A stretch of 64,000 nucleotides of DNA from Nitrospirales bacterium. Lineage in GTDB: Bacteria > Nitrospirota > Nitrospiria > Nitrospirales > UBA8639. Below the pieces are notes generated by a model. That model ran no database searches, was not told where the DNA came from, and saw only the letters and a list, made by a program, of their open reading frames with translations. The stretch covers positions 928,001-992,000 of the forward strand of contig CBDBCZ010000017.1 in the NCBI GenBank assembly GCA_965203295.1, read 5' to 3'. The translations under genes and the position numbers were made by a program. Numbering within the stretch: position 1 is the first letter of the stretch; every line of letters starts with the position of its first letter. Of this stretch, positions 46,906 to 63,418 are shown piece by piece.

Positions 46906-47476
46906 CAGAATGAGGGGGTAAGCTGAAGCTTTACAAACTGTTTAAGGCTGAACCCACTCCTGCCAGTTATGTCCTGTCCCCACTTGATCCTGGGCCAAGG
47001 TGGGTGATGGCTTCGCTCTGGGCTGGGTGTCTGCCTTTGGGGGTGGAGACCGGGCGTTACCGGATTCCTAAGGTTCCCCTGGAGCGGCGGGTCTGTCAGG
47101 TTTGCAATTCAGATTTAGTCGAGGATGAACTTCATTTCATTATGGTATGTAATAAACTCGAACTTGAAAGAAATAAATTACTATATTATATCACTCAAAA
47201 GGACCTGTCATTTATGCACCTAAATCCTTTTAATAAGTTTTTGTATATATTAAGTAATGAATCATATTGTCAGAACTTAATTGCTAAATCATTGTATAAA
47301 ATGTTCAAATTACGTTCTTCTTTTTTGTATAAGTCATGATTTTTCATACTCATAGCGACTCACTGACTTATAAGCCATATATTGGCTGGGCACCATTATA
47401 TGTACGTAATCTTCTGTATTATATATACGTATAATGGGCATGTCAGTCTAATAAAATTTGATTGATTGATTGATTG
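46906..47476 (+). mobile_element. 5'-truncated non-LTR retrotransposon (LINE) 3' end
   Basis: Frame KLKLYKLFK...LPLGVETGRY...ERRVCQVCNSDLVEDELHFIMVC (CCHC-type ORF2 C-terminus) stops at 47339, followed by AATAAA and an (ATTG)n tail. Absent from the duplicate at ~40026. Confidence 0.88.
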
Positions 47477-48929
47477 ATATGTGTATGGATGCATTAAAAT
47501 AAATGGACTCCCTTGCATTAAATGTGTACAAAAGGACATGCTCAAAACTCTGCTGTAGGTGTAGTCTAAAGCTAATATGAACCCTATACTAGTTTTTCTC
47601 GAGCGTTGTCATCATAAATTATAACTACAATATGAACTAAGACCAAAACGTAACTTACTAGGGAACGTAGTGATATAAAGTCCAAGAGGATCCATGCAAG
47701 TGAGTAGCATGTATAGCTCAGCAATGTCTAATTCTGCCCCTGCAAACTTCAAAGTTTGCTCTATACCAGTAGTAGCTGCAATGTCAAGCCCTGAGCTGAA
47801 CCTCAAGCGGAGACAAGAATGCCACTTTTCCATGTCTGTGACCCGTACACTGCACACTGTTAAAATATGCTCAAATGACTGGTGGGTTGTTGCTTGAGTT
47901 TCAACATGCATGCATAGATATAGCTAACTGCAGCAACGTTACTTGTCTCTGAGTCTTCCTCTGCCTCCTCTATACATAGATTCACCTTAGTGATGCACTT
48001 TAATCATCTGTATTGGTAAACGCTTTCACATTCTTTGACCCGCAGCAATCAATCTGTATCCATGCTTGTAGTGTGTTGAAACTCAAACAATAACCCCACT
48101 AGTCAAGATGACAATTCTATTTTTAAAGTAGCTGTGTAGTCACTTCACCGATACATCATGGTGCTACGGAGGCCCCGAGAGAAGGTAGCACAGCAACAGC
48201 CAGCTTGCAGGATGTGACCAATCTGAGGCCAAACAATGGTGCACACAATTTCAGAGGGAGAACTTGGCAATGAATGTCCAGGGGAGGAGCAATAAACTGG
48301 GCCACAGTTATGGGTGCATGTACATTGAGTATACATGAGTCACAAACTGAGTGTGGATAAACAACAGTCGCTTGGAATTGTCATAGTAGCTAAGTAGATG
48401 TTAGATCAGCAAATCCATAAATGCATTTCCATGAACATGAGAGAAACAGTGGCAGCTATTGGATACTATACTCTGAGGTTATTTGAGTGCCTGCCTATAG
48501 TCTCTGAGAGTGGTCACCTTTAATGTACGTATGTCGATTTCATGCTTCATGCTTATTGTGTCAATGCATGAGTAGGACATGCATCTGATTCATTAAAATT
48601 AAGTTCAGAGATGAACCTATATTTTGGAACGTCACCTTTGATTTCATGCTTCATGCATGGGTCATGCTCATGGTATGTGTCAATAAATGGTTCATCACTG
48701 ATACATTTCCTTGTTCATAATATTTGCATTGAATATCAAAAGACAATAAATGTTACATGACATTACATCCTTACCAGTGAATACAAACTGAAACATAATA
48801 GTGCTGTGCTAACAACGTATAGAGATATACAGTATTACAGAGGACAGGAAAGTACTATATACTATGAACAGATAATGAGCAGATAGTTACACTTTTTATA
48901 TAGCAGCATGCATGTAAGTTTTTAACTTC

Positions 48930-51937
<3,008 letters not shown>

Positions 51938-52169
51938 TGTGCTTTGTTTACCTACAATTGTTGAGCCCCCCTAACAAACACAAACATGCACCTATATATG
52001 GGACAAGAATGATATTATGTTACTGTATAGAATGTATATGCATGCTATCACTAAAGATGCTTTCCAGAAAATTGCAGTTCCTGATATATGGAAATTTGGA
52101 TTGGATATATGGAAATTTAGATTGAGCATTATTATTAACACATAATATATTATGTGTTAATTATAATGC

Positions 52170-53160
52170 GCAAATATCACTAGCATGTATATACCATGCC
52201 ATACAGGTATTAAAGTAACTGATGTCTTCTAGACATTTAAATTTCCTGGAAACACTGTGACACATTATCTCCTTATTTCTTGGAATAGAGAATGTGAAAT
52301 ATTTAATCTGCATGTCCACATAGCCACTTGTGATGTTTAAATATGTAATAGTTATAGTACAGTTGTCAGGGATTTATGGCAGTAAATGAACCGAATCCGA
52401 GGGCGATGTTTACGTAGCCATAAATCCCTGACAACTGTACTGTAAGTGTTATATATCCCATCTGATTGGTCAGTTCATGGGGGGCACGAACTATAGCAAC
52501 GTTAGCACGTAGCAACGATTCCCATTCTGGCTTTATAATGAAAGAAGCTGAGGCCGCTTGTCCTTACTCGCCGTCTTGCCTCGGCATGTGCGATTGGACC
52601 GCCTGTCCAGGGGTTAATTCAGAGCTCCTCCCCCCGGAAGATAGTATTGAGCCCCTCCCATCCGCTTCTTTGAAGCAGCCCCTTCTACCTCAACGTTTTG
52701 ATATAAGGACAAGCGGCCTCAGCTTCTTCCATTATAAAGCCAGAATGTATAATATTGTGCCTGAATGTATGCATGTAAAGTACAGTTACACATAGCAGTA
52801 GCTATATGCATGAGAGTCTGATTGGATGAAATTGTTTAATACCCTAAGGGAAGTCGGTATGAGTCATACCAGACTTTTACCCAAAGGGAAGTCAATATGA
52901 CTCATAATGACTTCTAGTAACCTAAGTAACAAGGGTGAGTGGGATATATATATATTTAAACATCACAAGTGGCTATGTGGACATATAAATCAAGACAACG
53001 AAATGTATTTCCAAACATGCAGATTAAATATTTCGCATTCTCTATTCCAAGAAATAAGGAGATAATGTGTCACAGTGTTTCCAGGAAATGACTACATGTA
53101 GAAGACATCAGTTACCTTAGTAACTGTATGGCATGGTATGTACATGCTAGTGATATTTGC
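52170..53160. mobile_element. Nested foldback structure: long outer inverted repeats enclosing a palindrome+IR element with an inner IR pair
   Basis: Outer arms ~52170-52345 / 52952-53160. Palindrome 52352-52445. ATATATCCCA/TGGGATATAT at 52451/52949. Inner IR 52523-52566 / 52704-52747. Confidence 0.75.
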
Positions 53161-55045
53161 TACTTTCTTCGTAGTGTATAGACAAGTATCAACATAAGAA
53201 ATCATGTATAGCTATCTCTGTTATTCATGCATGCTCGGCAAAGCTATAGAGGAATACTGCCCTGCATATTTATCATATTGCCCGATAAAGGTAAGAAAGT
53301 TGCAGGATAATTGACTATTATAATAATGAAGGGCTGAGAGCCAGAGTGGTCTAATCATAACTCAATAAAAGAAACTTCCCCCTCCTAAATTTGAGACAAA
53401 AAATTTATTTATACACCACAATTAGTGGATACCTGACTTGCAGATGTCTGAGTAGCTTTGGAGGTATGAGTTAGACCACTAAATTACTCCTATGCAAGAT
53501 ATTTGGCATTTTATACATAATTATATGTTACAGTATATACAACAGTTCATTTATCATGGGACTCAGCATGAGTAGGTTAATTCCAGAAATCTATGGAGGA
53601 GGTTCCAGGAATTTTAGGTTCCTGGAACTTCCTCCAGTTACTGTGGTGAGTTCCATGTTACCTGGCAAATTGTCATGGGACTCAACATGAGCATAGATGA
53701 TAATATTATATACTTATTATCTATGACGTGAGGATGTTAATTCCAGGAATCTGTGGAGGAGGTTCCAGGAACCTTCTCAAGTTATGTTGAGCTATGTTGA
53801 ATCCCATGTCATGTTATAGTAGATGAAAGACTCACTAATAAAAACGTGGTCAAACTACCACTCCGAGGTCTAATTCCTACCTAGCTACATACCCGACATC
53901 TATAATTCTGGTCACACTTAAGATTTTTGTACAATTTGTGTATTTTTCAGCACTTGATTTTGGATTGGCATTCTGATCAGCCCTTCGAACACAGGGCTGG
54001 GTATATAATATAACAGTTTGAATTAAAATCAGGAGATTCAGCCCTATATCTACAGCTCTGTAATTAGTCTAATTCCACTTGGCCCAAGTACATGTAACGC
54101 GTGTAAGTATTGAAGGCGGCACCGCCGTGTTTATATAGCCAATTGAACTGTATGAGTCCAACTACAGGAGTAATTAACAATGCTATACATTTTAGATGTA
54201 GTGTATCATTTCATTTCAAAGTGGGCAAATTTAGCCTCCAGCTCTCAAGGTATATGCTAGACAGATTCACGATTCGCACACGTATAATACGCTGATGCTG
54301 AGTTATTACAGTACAGTATATGTACGAATTCGTATGCATATCTGGGAGCATGCATACTCACCATATAATACACGGCAAGAATACAATCAATTGAGCTTCT
54401 GCTTTAGCATCCAACCGGCCGAGTACGAAAGCAAACACTCCGGAGACTATACAAACTAAGTAATAGTGGGCTAATTAGCTAGTTTAGTACTCTACCGCGC
54501 GCTACAGGTGAAAGATTCATTACCACCAGGGCAGGCTTTATGTAGCTGTACATGTAAATGAATGCATATTATATCTAGTGGGCGGGAGTTAGCACTACAA
54601 GTATGTCATGCTTGACCGTATATAGATACACTTCCTCATTACTCAGCTGAGATCACGTGAGATGCAATAATTTATCTCTGAGTGTTGTAAGTACCGCTAT
54701 TATATGTGCGCGTGCTTCCTGCAGTGAAGTGAAGCCATGCGGCAGTGACACACCGCTACAGCTGATTTGTGGAGTCCCATAGCTTCCACTCTAGTACATT
54801 TTACACATGCAGTCACGGGTGGAAAACCGCGTGCTGGTGAGTTTTGCTGGGCCAGGGGCCTATATAGAGTCAAGTCTTGACGCATTTGCACATTCGCTGA
54901 TACTAGCTGCATGCAGTTAGCCTGTGAATGTGTTACTAACTTACTATCTAGATTTAGTTTGAAAATGGCACGATGATGCTGTCAATAATAATAATGATGA
55001 TCACAGTATGTAAATTATCAATAGTTACATGACATTATATATTGT

Positions 55046-55238
55046 CACAGGAAGAATTTCCTGAAATGCGTTACAAGGGAATATGACAGGAAATCTGGTA
55101 TTTCAGGTACAGGGTAGTATAGGATAGGGCAGAATTTCCTTTAAAATCATGAAATTCTGCCCTATCCTATACTACTCTGTACCTGAAATACCAGTCAAAT
55201 TTCCTTGTAACACATTTCAGAAACTTTTTTTTGCTGTG
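55046..55238. repeat. ~190-bp palindromic element
   Basis: CTGGTATTTCAGGTACAG.GTAGTATAGGATAGGGCAGAATTTC / GAAATTCTGCCCTATCCTATACTAC.CTGTACCTGAAATACCAG. Confidence 0.8.
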
Positions 55239-56786
55239 TGTATATAACTCCTGTCTCAGGGTATTGTCTTGGTAGGTACTATGTTTAACATAACATTGTG
55301 GTACTCGTTCTATACTACCACCTCTGGTACATATGTTCGTAATTCCTTTTAAGGTAGCTATTCTCTATAATCGACCTTTTAGTAGATCGACTAGACTATA
55401 GACATGAGTGAAAATTAGCTACATACATGTACATAATTATGATAGTGGGGTGTTGTTTGGGTTGCAACATATAGACACACGACATTTTACAGATGTAATG
55501 TTTTGCAATACTGATACAGATGATTAAGTACATCACTTTTATCAAACTGGTTGACTACATGTAATATTGAAACCATGTAGAGGTGGGCACAGGGAGACTT
55601 GGAGGAAGGACTTGTTGCACGCTAAAGGTAACCAAGATATCGAAGCTACAATAGAAGTACTAAGAATCTTAGTGGGGCAACCCAAATATCAAAATGGAAA
55701 TTGCATGAATTGCACAAAAATGACGTATAATCAAAATTTCACCAGCAGTGAGTTGTTGACTTTTCGGAGTTACAAAAGAGTGATTCGGAACACTGCATGT
55801 ACTAAGTTGAAGACCTGATATGTGTGCAAGTGAGCTCATCAAGAATGCGGAAGACATTAAGAATCGCTAATGTGTTTTCAAACTCTTGGTCAATAGTGCA
55901 AAATTCTTGATTAAGAACTGACTCATCGCTAATGGCTCTTGACTGTGTTCACTCATTTGAAACTCAAACATTCCACTTGTCAAGATACAGCTTCCTTTAA
56001 ATTTCTTACTGTGGGCATAGCCTCGAAAAAAAAAAAAGCTGGGCAGTAGAGCCTGGGAACGAGGCTAGTGGGCATGCATGAGTCACCGTTTGGAAAGACT
56101 AATTCAATGTTTGTGTTTTAGCCCACTATCATAGGCTTCTCAGTCCTACAATTATTATTCATTTGTACCTACATCAAAATTGGGCACAGTGATAAGGTAT
56201 ACACGCATGCCAAATGCCCATGCAATTAACTGACAGTCTTGAAAATGGCTTACAGTTGTGATCTAGCGAATGATTCATAACTATATTGTGTTGTCTGCTT
56301 GGTAGTTACTCTAGTTTCACTTTCTTACATAAACGTTTGCATTCCATACGACGTTTGTTTTTTCTCTTCTATATGCAAGTCTGATATGAAAAATAACTCG
56401 CACCAGTACATTGTGCATACTTTCAGTATACCAGAGTATACATCCATGTTATGCAGGTTTTATTTTCCTGTATCAACTGCTTGGTAGTTTCAATAATTAG
56501 CTTTCTTATCAAAAACTTTTGTATTCCATAATTATACAGTTTGTTCTAAATGGTATGTGTATGTGGGGGGGGGAGGGGGGGGAGGGGGGGGGGAGAGAGG
56601 GGTTATCATGAATATAGATAACCAAGTTAGAAAATCCAAACATTGGTGAAAGTCCCTGTATTATGTATCTCCATGCATGAAAGAATGTACTATACGTTAA
56701 TTGCAACTAATTCCTGGTATGGCTTTGAGCCAACTAGGACTGCAACAGAGATCACATAGAAGACAAAGACATGTGAAAACTTTCCC

Positions 56787-57055
56787 GTAGAGTACGTATC
56801 AAGCGCCCATGGGCGGGGAACCTCAGAATGCAGCGGAAGAGGGGGGTGGGCGCTTACCACGTATTCGTCCGCAAACGGCATGTAGTATCCGCCCACCACC
56901 ATGGAAGTGAGGAATCTTCACCATAAAATATTTTTCTACCATAATATTATTATATACCATCCAGGTGAGCTAAACTTATAAATAAAGCGCAGTGAGCGAA
57001 ATCAAGCAGTAAAATTCAATCTTTAGTTGGGGGTGGGCGCTTGATACGTACTCTA
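56787..57055. mobile_element. ~270-bp TIR element
   Basis: TAGAGTACGTATCAAGCGCCCA / TGGGCGCTTGATACGTACTCTA. Confidence 0.7.
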
Positions 57056-57159
57056 ATCTTGAGAACACTTGCCCTGGTTTTATACAATCAAGGCATGATA
57101 ATTCAAGCAGTTAATACATGTAGTCTTTCAATATAATTATCTCAGTCAGTGACATGAGA

Positions 57160-58080
57160 GTAGGGTGCTGAATTTCAGTATAGGCTAAAGGACTACCTTG
57201 GTATTCTGAGTGCTAAATCTCAGTAGCTATAGGTAATTGTTGGTGGCATGACCACCTACCACTATTGAGTGCTATATCTCAGTAAGTGACAGGCGTGTGC
57301 TATATCGAGTGCTGAATCTCAGTAAGTAACAGGCTCTCGCTAATTGAGTGCTGAAACTCAGTAGGGATTACATACTGAGTGCTGAATCTCAGTAAATGAC
57401 TAGGTGACCGGCTCTCATGTAAACTGAGTGCTGAATCTCAGTAGGTGATAGACGTGCACTATACTGAGTGCTGAATCTCAGTAGGTGATAGACGTGCACT
57501 ATACTATGTGCTGAATCTCAGTCGGCGACAGGCGCTCAATCATTTACATGTATTGAGTTCTGAATAATTATTCTCAAATGATATGACTGCCTATTGCTCA
57601 TGACAGCTGAATCTAGTAGGTGACATGATTGCTACCAAAAGCTGAATTTCAAATTGTCACAAAGTAACCAGACTTCAGTAGGTGACATGTTATTATTGAG
57701 TGCTGAACCCCAATGACTGTTGTGAGCCATGACCCTGACATGCTGAATCTCAGGTCATGTGTTACTGTGTGCTGAATCTCAGTAGGTGCCATGGTTTACG
57801 CGGAGTCTAGTATATGGCCACAGTTTACTGTGTGCTGAATTTCAGTATGTGACATGGAACTACTGTGTGCTGAATCCCGGTAGCTGCCTGGGGCTATGGA
57901 CTACTGAACCATATGCAGTTGAATCTCAGTATGTATTGGTAGCATGCTGACTATCAGAGCATTGAAATCTCGGGAATATGCTACTGTGTGCTGAATCTCA
58001 GTAAGTGCTCAGGGTGGAGGGAGCATGTGCTGAATCTCAGCAGGTGATATGGACTTTGTGCTGAACCTCAGTAGGAGGCA
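57160..58080. repeat. Array of ~20 palindromic 22-bp repeats (TACTGAGTGCTGAATCTCAGTA) with variable spacers
   Basis: Copies at ~57165, 57207, 57265, 57306, 57345, 57373, 57423, 57462, 57502, 57763, 57826, 57861, 57982, 58025 and 58056, plus degenerate ones. Confidence 0.85.
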
Positions 58081-58825
58081 TTGTTGTCGTGTCAGGTATA
58101 GTTCTGAATGCAAAGTTGATAATTGATACATACAGGGGTGCTTTTTAAATTAATTGGTTACATAGTATCATTCAGTGCTGAAGTTCATATACGTAGTACA
58201 TTTACGTAGAGTGCTGGGAACAATAATTCCTGCAGTGATGCATCAGTAGTAGTATATAGCTGCATTACTAGATCTGAAGCTGAAACTAATGAGTGCCCCT
58301 AAATTAGCTGCTTATATGTTCTGAAAAAGTGATTAGGAACATTTTATCCTGGTGGGCTTCTGACAATAGGCAAACAGTGAAGTCGCTGTACTTCAGCCAT
58401 CTGCCGGCGCAAAGGTCAGGGGAGCATACCTGAAAATGAGCGCGAAAATGGCTGAAATTGGAAAGCGAGCAGCAGAGCATGTAGCGCTAGCCACAATTTG
58501 CTACTAAGCTTCCTGTAAAACTGTGCGCATTTATTTAATTACTCAGGTACGCTTTGCCCATTAGTACGTGGGTGTGGCGCAACAAATTCGTGAAATTATT
58601 TTGTTCAAAGGTAGCTAACTCATAATGTGTGTAGAGTGCACCTATTATAGAGAATCCACTGTACTCTTGACATTCAGGAAATCTCAAGATCTTTTTTAGC
58701 CATTGCCCTTGCCCCTTACACTATTGCCCCTGAAACAAGACAGACAAATCTTCAGTGTGGACAAAACTCTATTAAAAAATGATGACAATTAATATGTAGC
58801 ACATTATAATCCAATATCCTCTATG

Positions 58826-61800
58826 CTATAATGTCCTGGTTCTGTCACGAATTTGCTTTTCCGCTGGATCAATTATGGGATGCCAGTGACTGACCTGTTG
58901 CCGTGGTGATGATAACATTTCCAACCAATGGGCTTTACCTGTCTCGTTGGAAACAGTCGAACCTAATGTGACCATGCCAATGGTACGATTCCTACCGAAT
59001 CTGTCATGGTCCATAATGGTGGTTTCCAAGGTAACATCCTTAATGTCCATTCGAGAGAGGTCAAACCTGAAAGGTTCGTTGAAGACTGGAATCAGCGTGT
59101 TCTTTTTGACACTTGTTTTCCACTTGTGAATTCTTTTTTGCTTGTAGTACAGCTCCAATTTTACGTAGGGGTCTATAATTAGATGAGAGACCAAGAGAGA
59201 AAGAGTTATTGTACATGCAGCGCGTTTATCGTGTGAAAGAGATGGGGGAGAGGCCTAATGAGAGTTGGAATTTGGCTGGGCCTATACTGGCAAGTGCTAC
59301 TAGTGGGTTTAAGTGGCTACAACTGGCTGAGTATGAGACTACATAGTGTATGCTTACCCTAGTACCTGTACATAGTGTATGCTTAGCCTAGTACCCGTAC
59401 ATAGTGTATGCTTAGCCTAGTACCTGTACATAGTGTATGCTTAGCCTAGTACCCGTACATAGTGTATGCTTAGCCTAGTACCTGTACATAGTGTATGCTT
59501 AGCCTAGTACCCGTACATAGTGTATGCTTAGCCTAGTACCCGTACATAGTGTATGCTTACCCTAGTACCTGTACATAGTGTATGCTTAGCCTAGTACCCG
59601 TACATAGTGTATGCTTAGCCTAGTACCCGTACATAGTGTATGCTTACCCTAGTACCTGTACATAGTGTATGCTTACCCTAGTACCTGTACATAGTGTATG
59701 CTTACCCTAGTACCTGTACATAGTGTATGCTTAGCCTAGTACCTGTACATAGTGTATGCTTAGCCTAGTACCCGTACATAGTGTATGCTTAGCCTAGTAC
59801 CCGTACATAGTGTATGCTTACCCTAGTACCCGTACATAGTGTATGCTTAGCCTAGTACCCGTACAGTGTATGCTTAGCCTAGTACCTGTACATAAGTGTA
59901 TGCTTAGCCTAGTACCCGTACATAGTGTATGCTTAGCCTAGTACCCGTACATAGTGTATGCTTAGCCTAGTACCTGTACATAGTGTATGCTTAGCCTAGT
60001 ACCCGTACATAGTGTATGCTTAGCCTAGTACCTGTACATAGTGTATGCTTAGCCTAGTACCTGTACATAGTGTATGCTAGTGCATAGTGTATGCTAGTGC
60101 ATAGTGTATGCTTAGCCTAGTACCTGTACATAGTGTATGCTAGTGCATAGTGTATGCTTAGCCTAGTACCTGTACATCTCATCTTAGAAACTCCTCTCAC
60201 TCACTCCACCTCTCATTATCTTCGTTAAGAGTGCTGTAATTGTTCTAATAATCCGAACGCAATTCTTTTGTTTGCTCTAATTTGCCCAACAAATGAGTTT
60301 TTACTTTTTAGTAACAGTCAGTATGTAGCCCACATTAAAGACAGAAGTACTTGCGTGGCAGTTCCACATAGAACACAAACATCATTCCATTGTGTGTAAT
60401 TCAATTGTGTCACTGCGTTTGAATTGCGGACTTCTGCTAAGGGCGGGGATCAAATGAAATGTGTAAAAAGCTATCAACGCAAATTACTCCTGGTATATTA
60501 TGAGCCCAGCCCTTAATGGAAATTCAGAGAGAATGCATTTGGAATGTAATGTCGCAATCAAAAGCTCTCAAGCTGAATTACGTATTTTTCTAAAGTTGGT
60601 CTTCTTTACACTGTAGCTACCTCTGTAGGACTAACTGAAGCGTTCTCTCTGTTGCTTTAGAGGGCTACGTAGCTAAGTAGCCTATGTAGCATGTTACTGT
60701 ACCCCTCTATTGCTCCTTTTCAGGGGCTGGCCTAAATGTACCTATTCAAATCCCATTTTTTTGAGAGATTGAAAGTTATAATTACTAGGTGAGGTGAGGT
60801 ACTATGACAGCAGTCAGAGCAGTAACATGCCGATTTAGAAATTAGAATCCTAGTGATATTTAGGAGGACTTAACCCTTTAAATCAGATAGTTACCTTTTG
60901 GCAACATCATGAATTCTTGGAAAAAGTGCTGAAAAAGGTGCACATGAACCAGTAACTAAGTGCCTGTGCTTAACCACTCTGCCATACAAGCAACTTCCTC
61001 ATTGGTGAAATTAGGAATTCGTAGTAAAAACAAGTGACCTCACCCAAAAATTGCGATATAAACTCTCACGTTTAAAGGGTAATAATATTATGATGTCAAA
61101 GTGATGTAATTTAGTCAGTGTAGTAGGCATGTTTGCATAATTCTGTTGAGAACTACAGCAATCACTGACCTGCCAGTTTGTAGAAGTGAGAGTGCTGGAG
61201 ATTAGTGACCTTCAACACGATACCCTGCAGTATCTGCACACGAGGGCTAAACTGCAGAGAGAGCAGCAAGTCTCCCTTCGTCTGTGGATGAGGGAGGAGA
61301 AGAGATAGCGACCAGCACATTACAGCAGTTTTCACTGCCTTTGCAAGCTATTGGAATAAAGCCCACTGCACTAATGGTGGGTGAGTGATTATTTAGGCTT
61401 TGAAGTTCTCTTCTGAAGGAGGTCATGTATGGTTATAGTCCCATTATGAAAACCTTCACAGAAAGTAACCTTTGAAGTCCTCTTCTGAAGGAAGTGGTCA
61501 CTTCTTACACTAGCTGTAGTTTTTACCACTTCCGGTTTGCTGTTGCAAGGTTCTTGAAAAGTGCTGTATGCTTCTCCAGATCATATGACCTGCTATGCTG
61601 GCTCATATGACCTATCATGTATGGTTATAGTCCCATTATGAAGACCTTAAAACTTCGCAGAAAGTAACCAGTACCAGTATTAGTGATGATTACAGTGGAG
61701 CATGAGAGAGGTTTCAACATAGTCTTCCGAAGAGTTCAGTCCTGCTAAGTGCTCAAGAGAAATCTAGAAGTTGCACCGTGGAAGAGAGGTTCAGCACTCT

Positions 61801-63418
61801 ACTGTAACTAGCGGAACCAGGCAGTCCTGGTAAGCGCTCAAGAGAAATCTGGAAGTTGCACCGTGGAAGAGAGGTTCAGCACTCTACTGTAGCTTAGCGG
61901 AACCAGGCAGTCCTGGTAAGCACTCAAGAGAAATCTGGAAGTTGCACCGTAGAAGAGAGGTTCAGCACTCTACTGTAGCTTAGCGGAACCAGGCAGTCCT
62001 GGTAAGCGCTCAAGAGAAATCTGGAAGTTGCACCGTAGAAGAGAGGTTCAGCACTCTACTGTAGCTTAGCGGAACCAGGCAGTCCTGGTAAGCACTCAAG
62101 AGAAATCTGGAAGTTGCACCGTGGAAGAGAGGTTCAGCACTCTACTGTAGCTTAGCGGAACCAGGCAGTCCTGGTAAGTACTCAAGAGAAATCTAGAAGT
62201 TGTGGAAGAGAGGTTCAGCACTCTACTGTAACGTAGCGGAACCAGGCAGCAATTTGGGTTAACTCGCATTTTGAAGGCCTCCACTACAGTGCTGTCAAGG
62301 TGAGTGCATGGACAAACAACGGGGAAGCCACTGCTACAGACCACCAGTCATATCGGTGGGCGGGGATTTTTAATGACTGGAATGTAGTTATTAACGTTGA
62401 TGGTTTCTATGTAGTCATTTTAGAATTGTGTCAGTTTAATTGGGTCACAAGGCGTGCCCACAGAAGCAGAGATACCATCAGCTACTTTAGGTTCCTACCA
62501 CGAACACACTCAGTACCTGCCACAATAATGGGTAGTTTCCCCCCCACACCCCACATATCTTACCTGTCACAATAATGCCCACCCTACACAACTTTACCTG
62601 TCACAACTACAATGTGTAGTCCCCCCCCACACCCCACATATCTTACCTGTCACAATAATGTGTAGTTCCCCCCCACACCCCACATATCTTACCTGTCACA
62701 ATAATGTGTAGTTCCCCCCCCCACACCCCACATATCTTTACCTGTCACAACAATGTGTAGTTCCCCCCCCACACCCCACATATCCTTACCTGTCACAACA
62801 ATGTGTACCAGTAGTTCCCACATATCTTTACTTGCTACAGTAATGCCCACCCTACACAACTTTACCTGCCACAATAATGTGTGACAGTAGTCCCCCACAC
62901 CACAACGAAAGTTTGGATTTTAATTAATGCGCCTGGGCACAAGGCTAACACCACCCATGACTCTAAATGGCTTGTTCATCAAGCCATCCAATATCACTGG
63001 TTATTGGACGGTTTGCCATAATATGGGAAATACTTACATAGTGGTACTATGAGTGTACAATAAAGTGTACCTATAGTGATAGGTAATGACGCCACAGAGC
63101 TAAAAATAGCAGCTGGCCACTGACCATTTTTCGTGCAATTTTCTACAATATCCACCCAAAATTGGATTATGATCGTATCAAAATGTACAGGAGGCCAATC
63201 AAAATTTCACCTTGGCCAGCCAAACCCGAAGCCTTATTTTCAGCTCTGAGCTACGACTCCATTTACTGCCCACCATTACATCATACCCTGACACTGGAGT
63301 CCTCTGGCTTGATGTATCTCCACAGGCACACTCCAAACAGAACGGAACCCTTCAGCGGCAGCACCACGGAGCCGATGAGGTTGTTCTTTGAGCCATCACA
63401 CACCTGGAACACTAGCTC
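58826..63418 (-). CDS. Syt-10: divergent synaptotagmin-like tandem-C2 gene, 5'-partial (exons 63418-63287, 61281-61170, 59172-58826; upstream exons probably outside the window)
   Basis: A 132-nt exon encodes the end of C2A (ELVFQVCDGSKNNLIGSVVLPLKGSVLFG...SVR, then GTATGA). A 112-nt exon reads TKGDLLLSLQFSPRVQILQGIVLKVTNL...LA. The last exon reads DPYVKLELY...KTSVKKNTLIPVFNE...MDHDRFG...HWLEMLSSPRQQVSHWH. Intron phases match the other copies. Confidence 0.85.
59339..60176. repeat. 29-bp minisatellite (TACATAGTGTATGCTTAGCCTAGTACCYG), ~29 copies, in the last intron of Syt-10
   Basis: Directly visible. Confidence 0.95.
61735..62250. repeat. 86-bp minisatellite, ~6 copies, in a Syt-10 intron
   Basis: CTCAAGAGAAATCT recurs at 61752, 61837, 61923, 62009, 62095 and 62181. 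Confidence 0.95.
62510..62900. repeat. Degenerate ~45-50-bp C-rich minisatellite
   Basis: CCCCACACCCCACATATCTTACCTGTCACAATAATGTGTAGTTCC units. Confidence 0.85.

Noticed and set aside
57160..58080. Bona fide CRISPR array
   Set aside because: Eukaryotic intron-containing context, no cas genes, irregular spacer lengths and mutually related spacers. Kept as a repeat and a finding instead.
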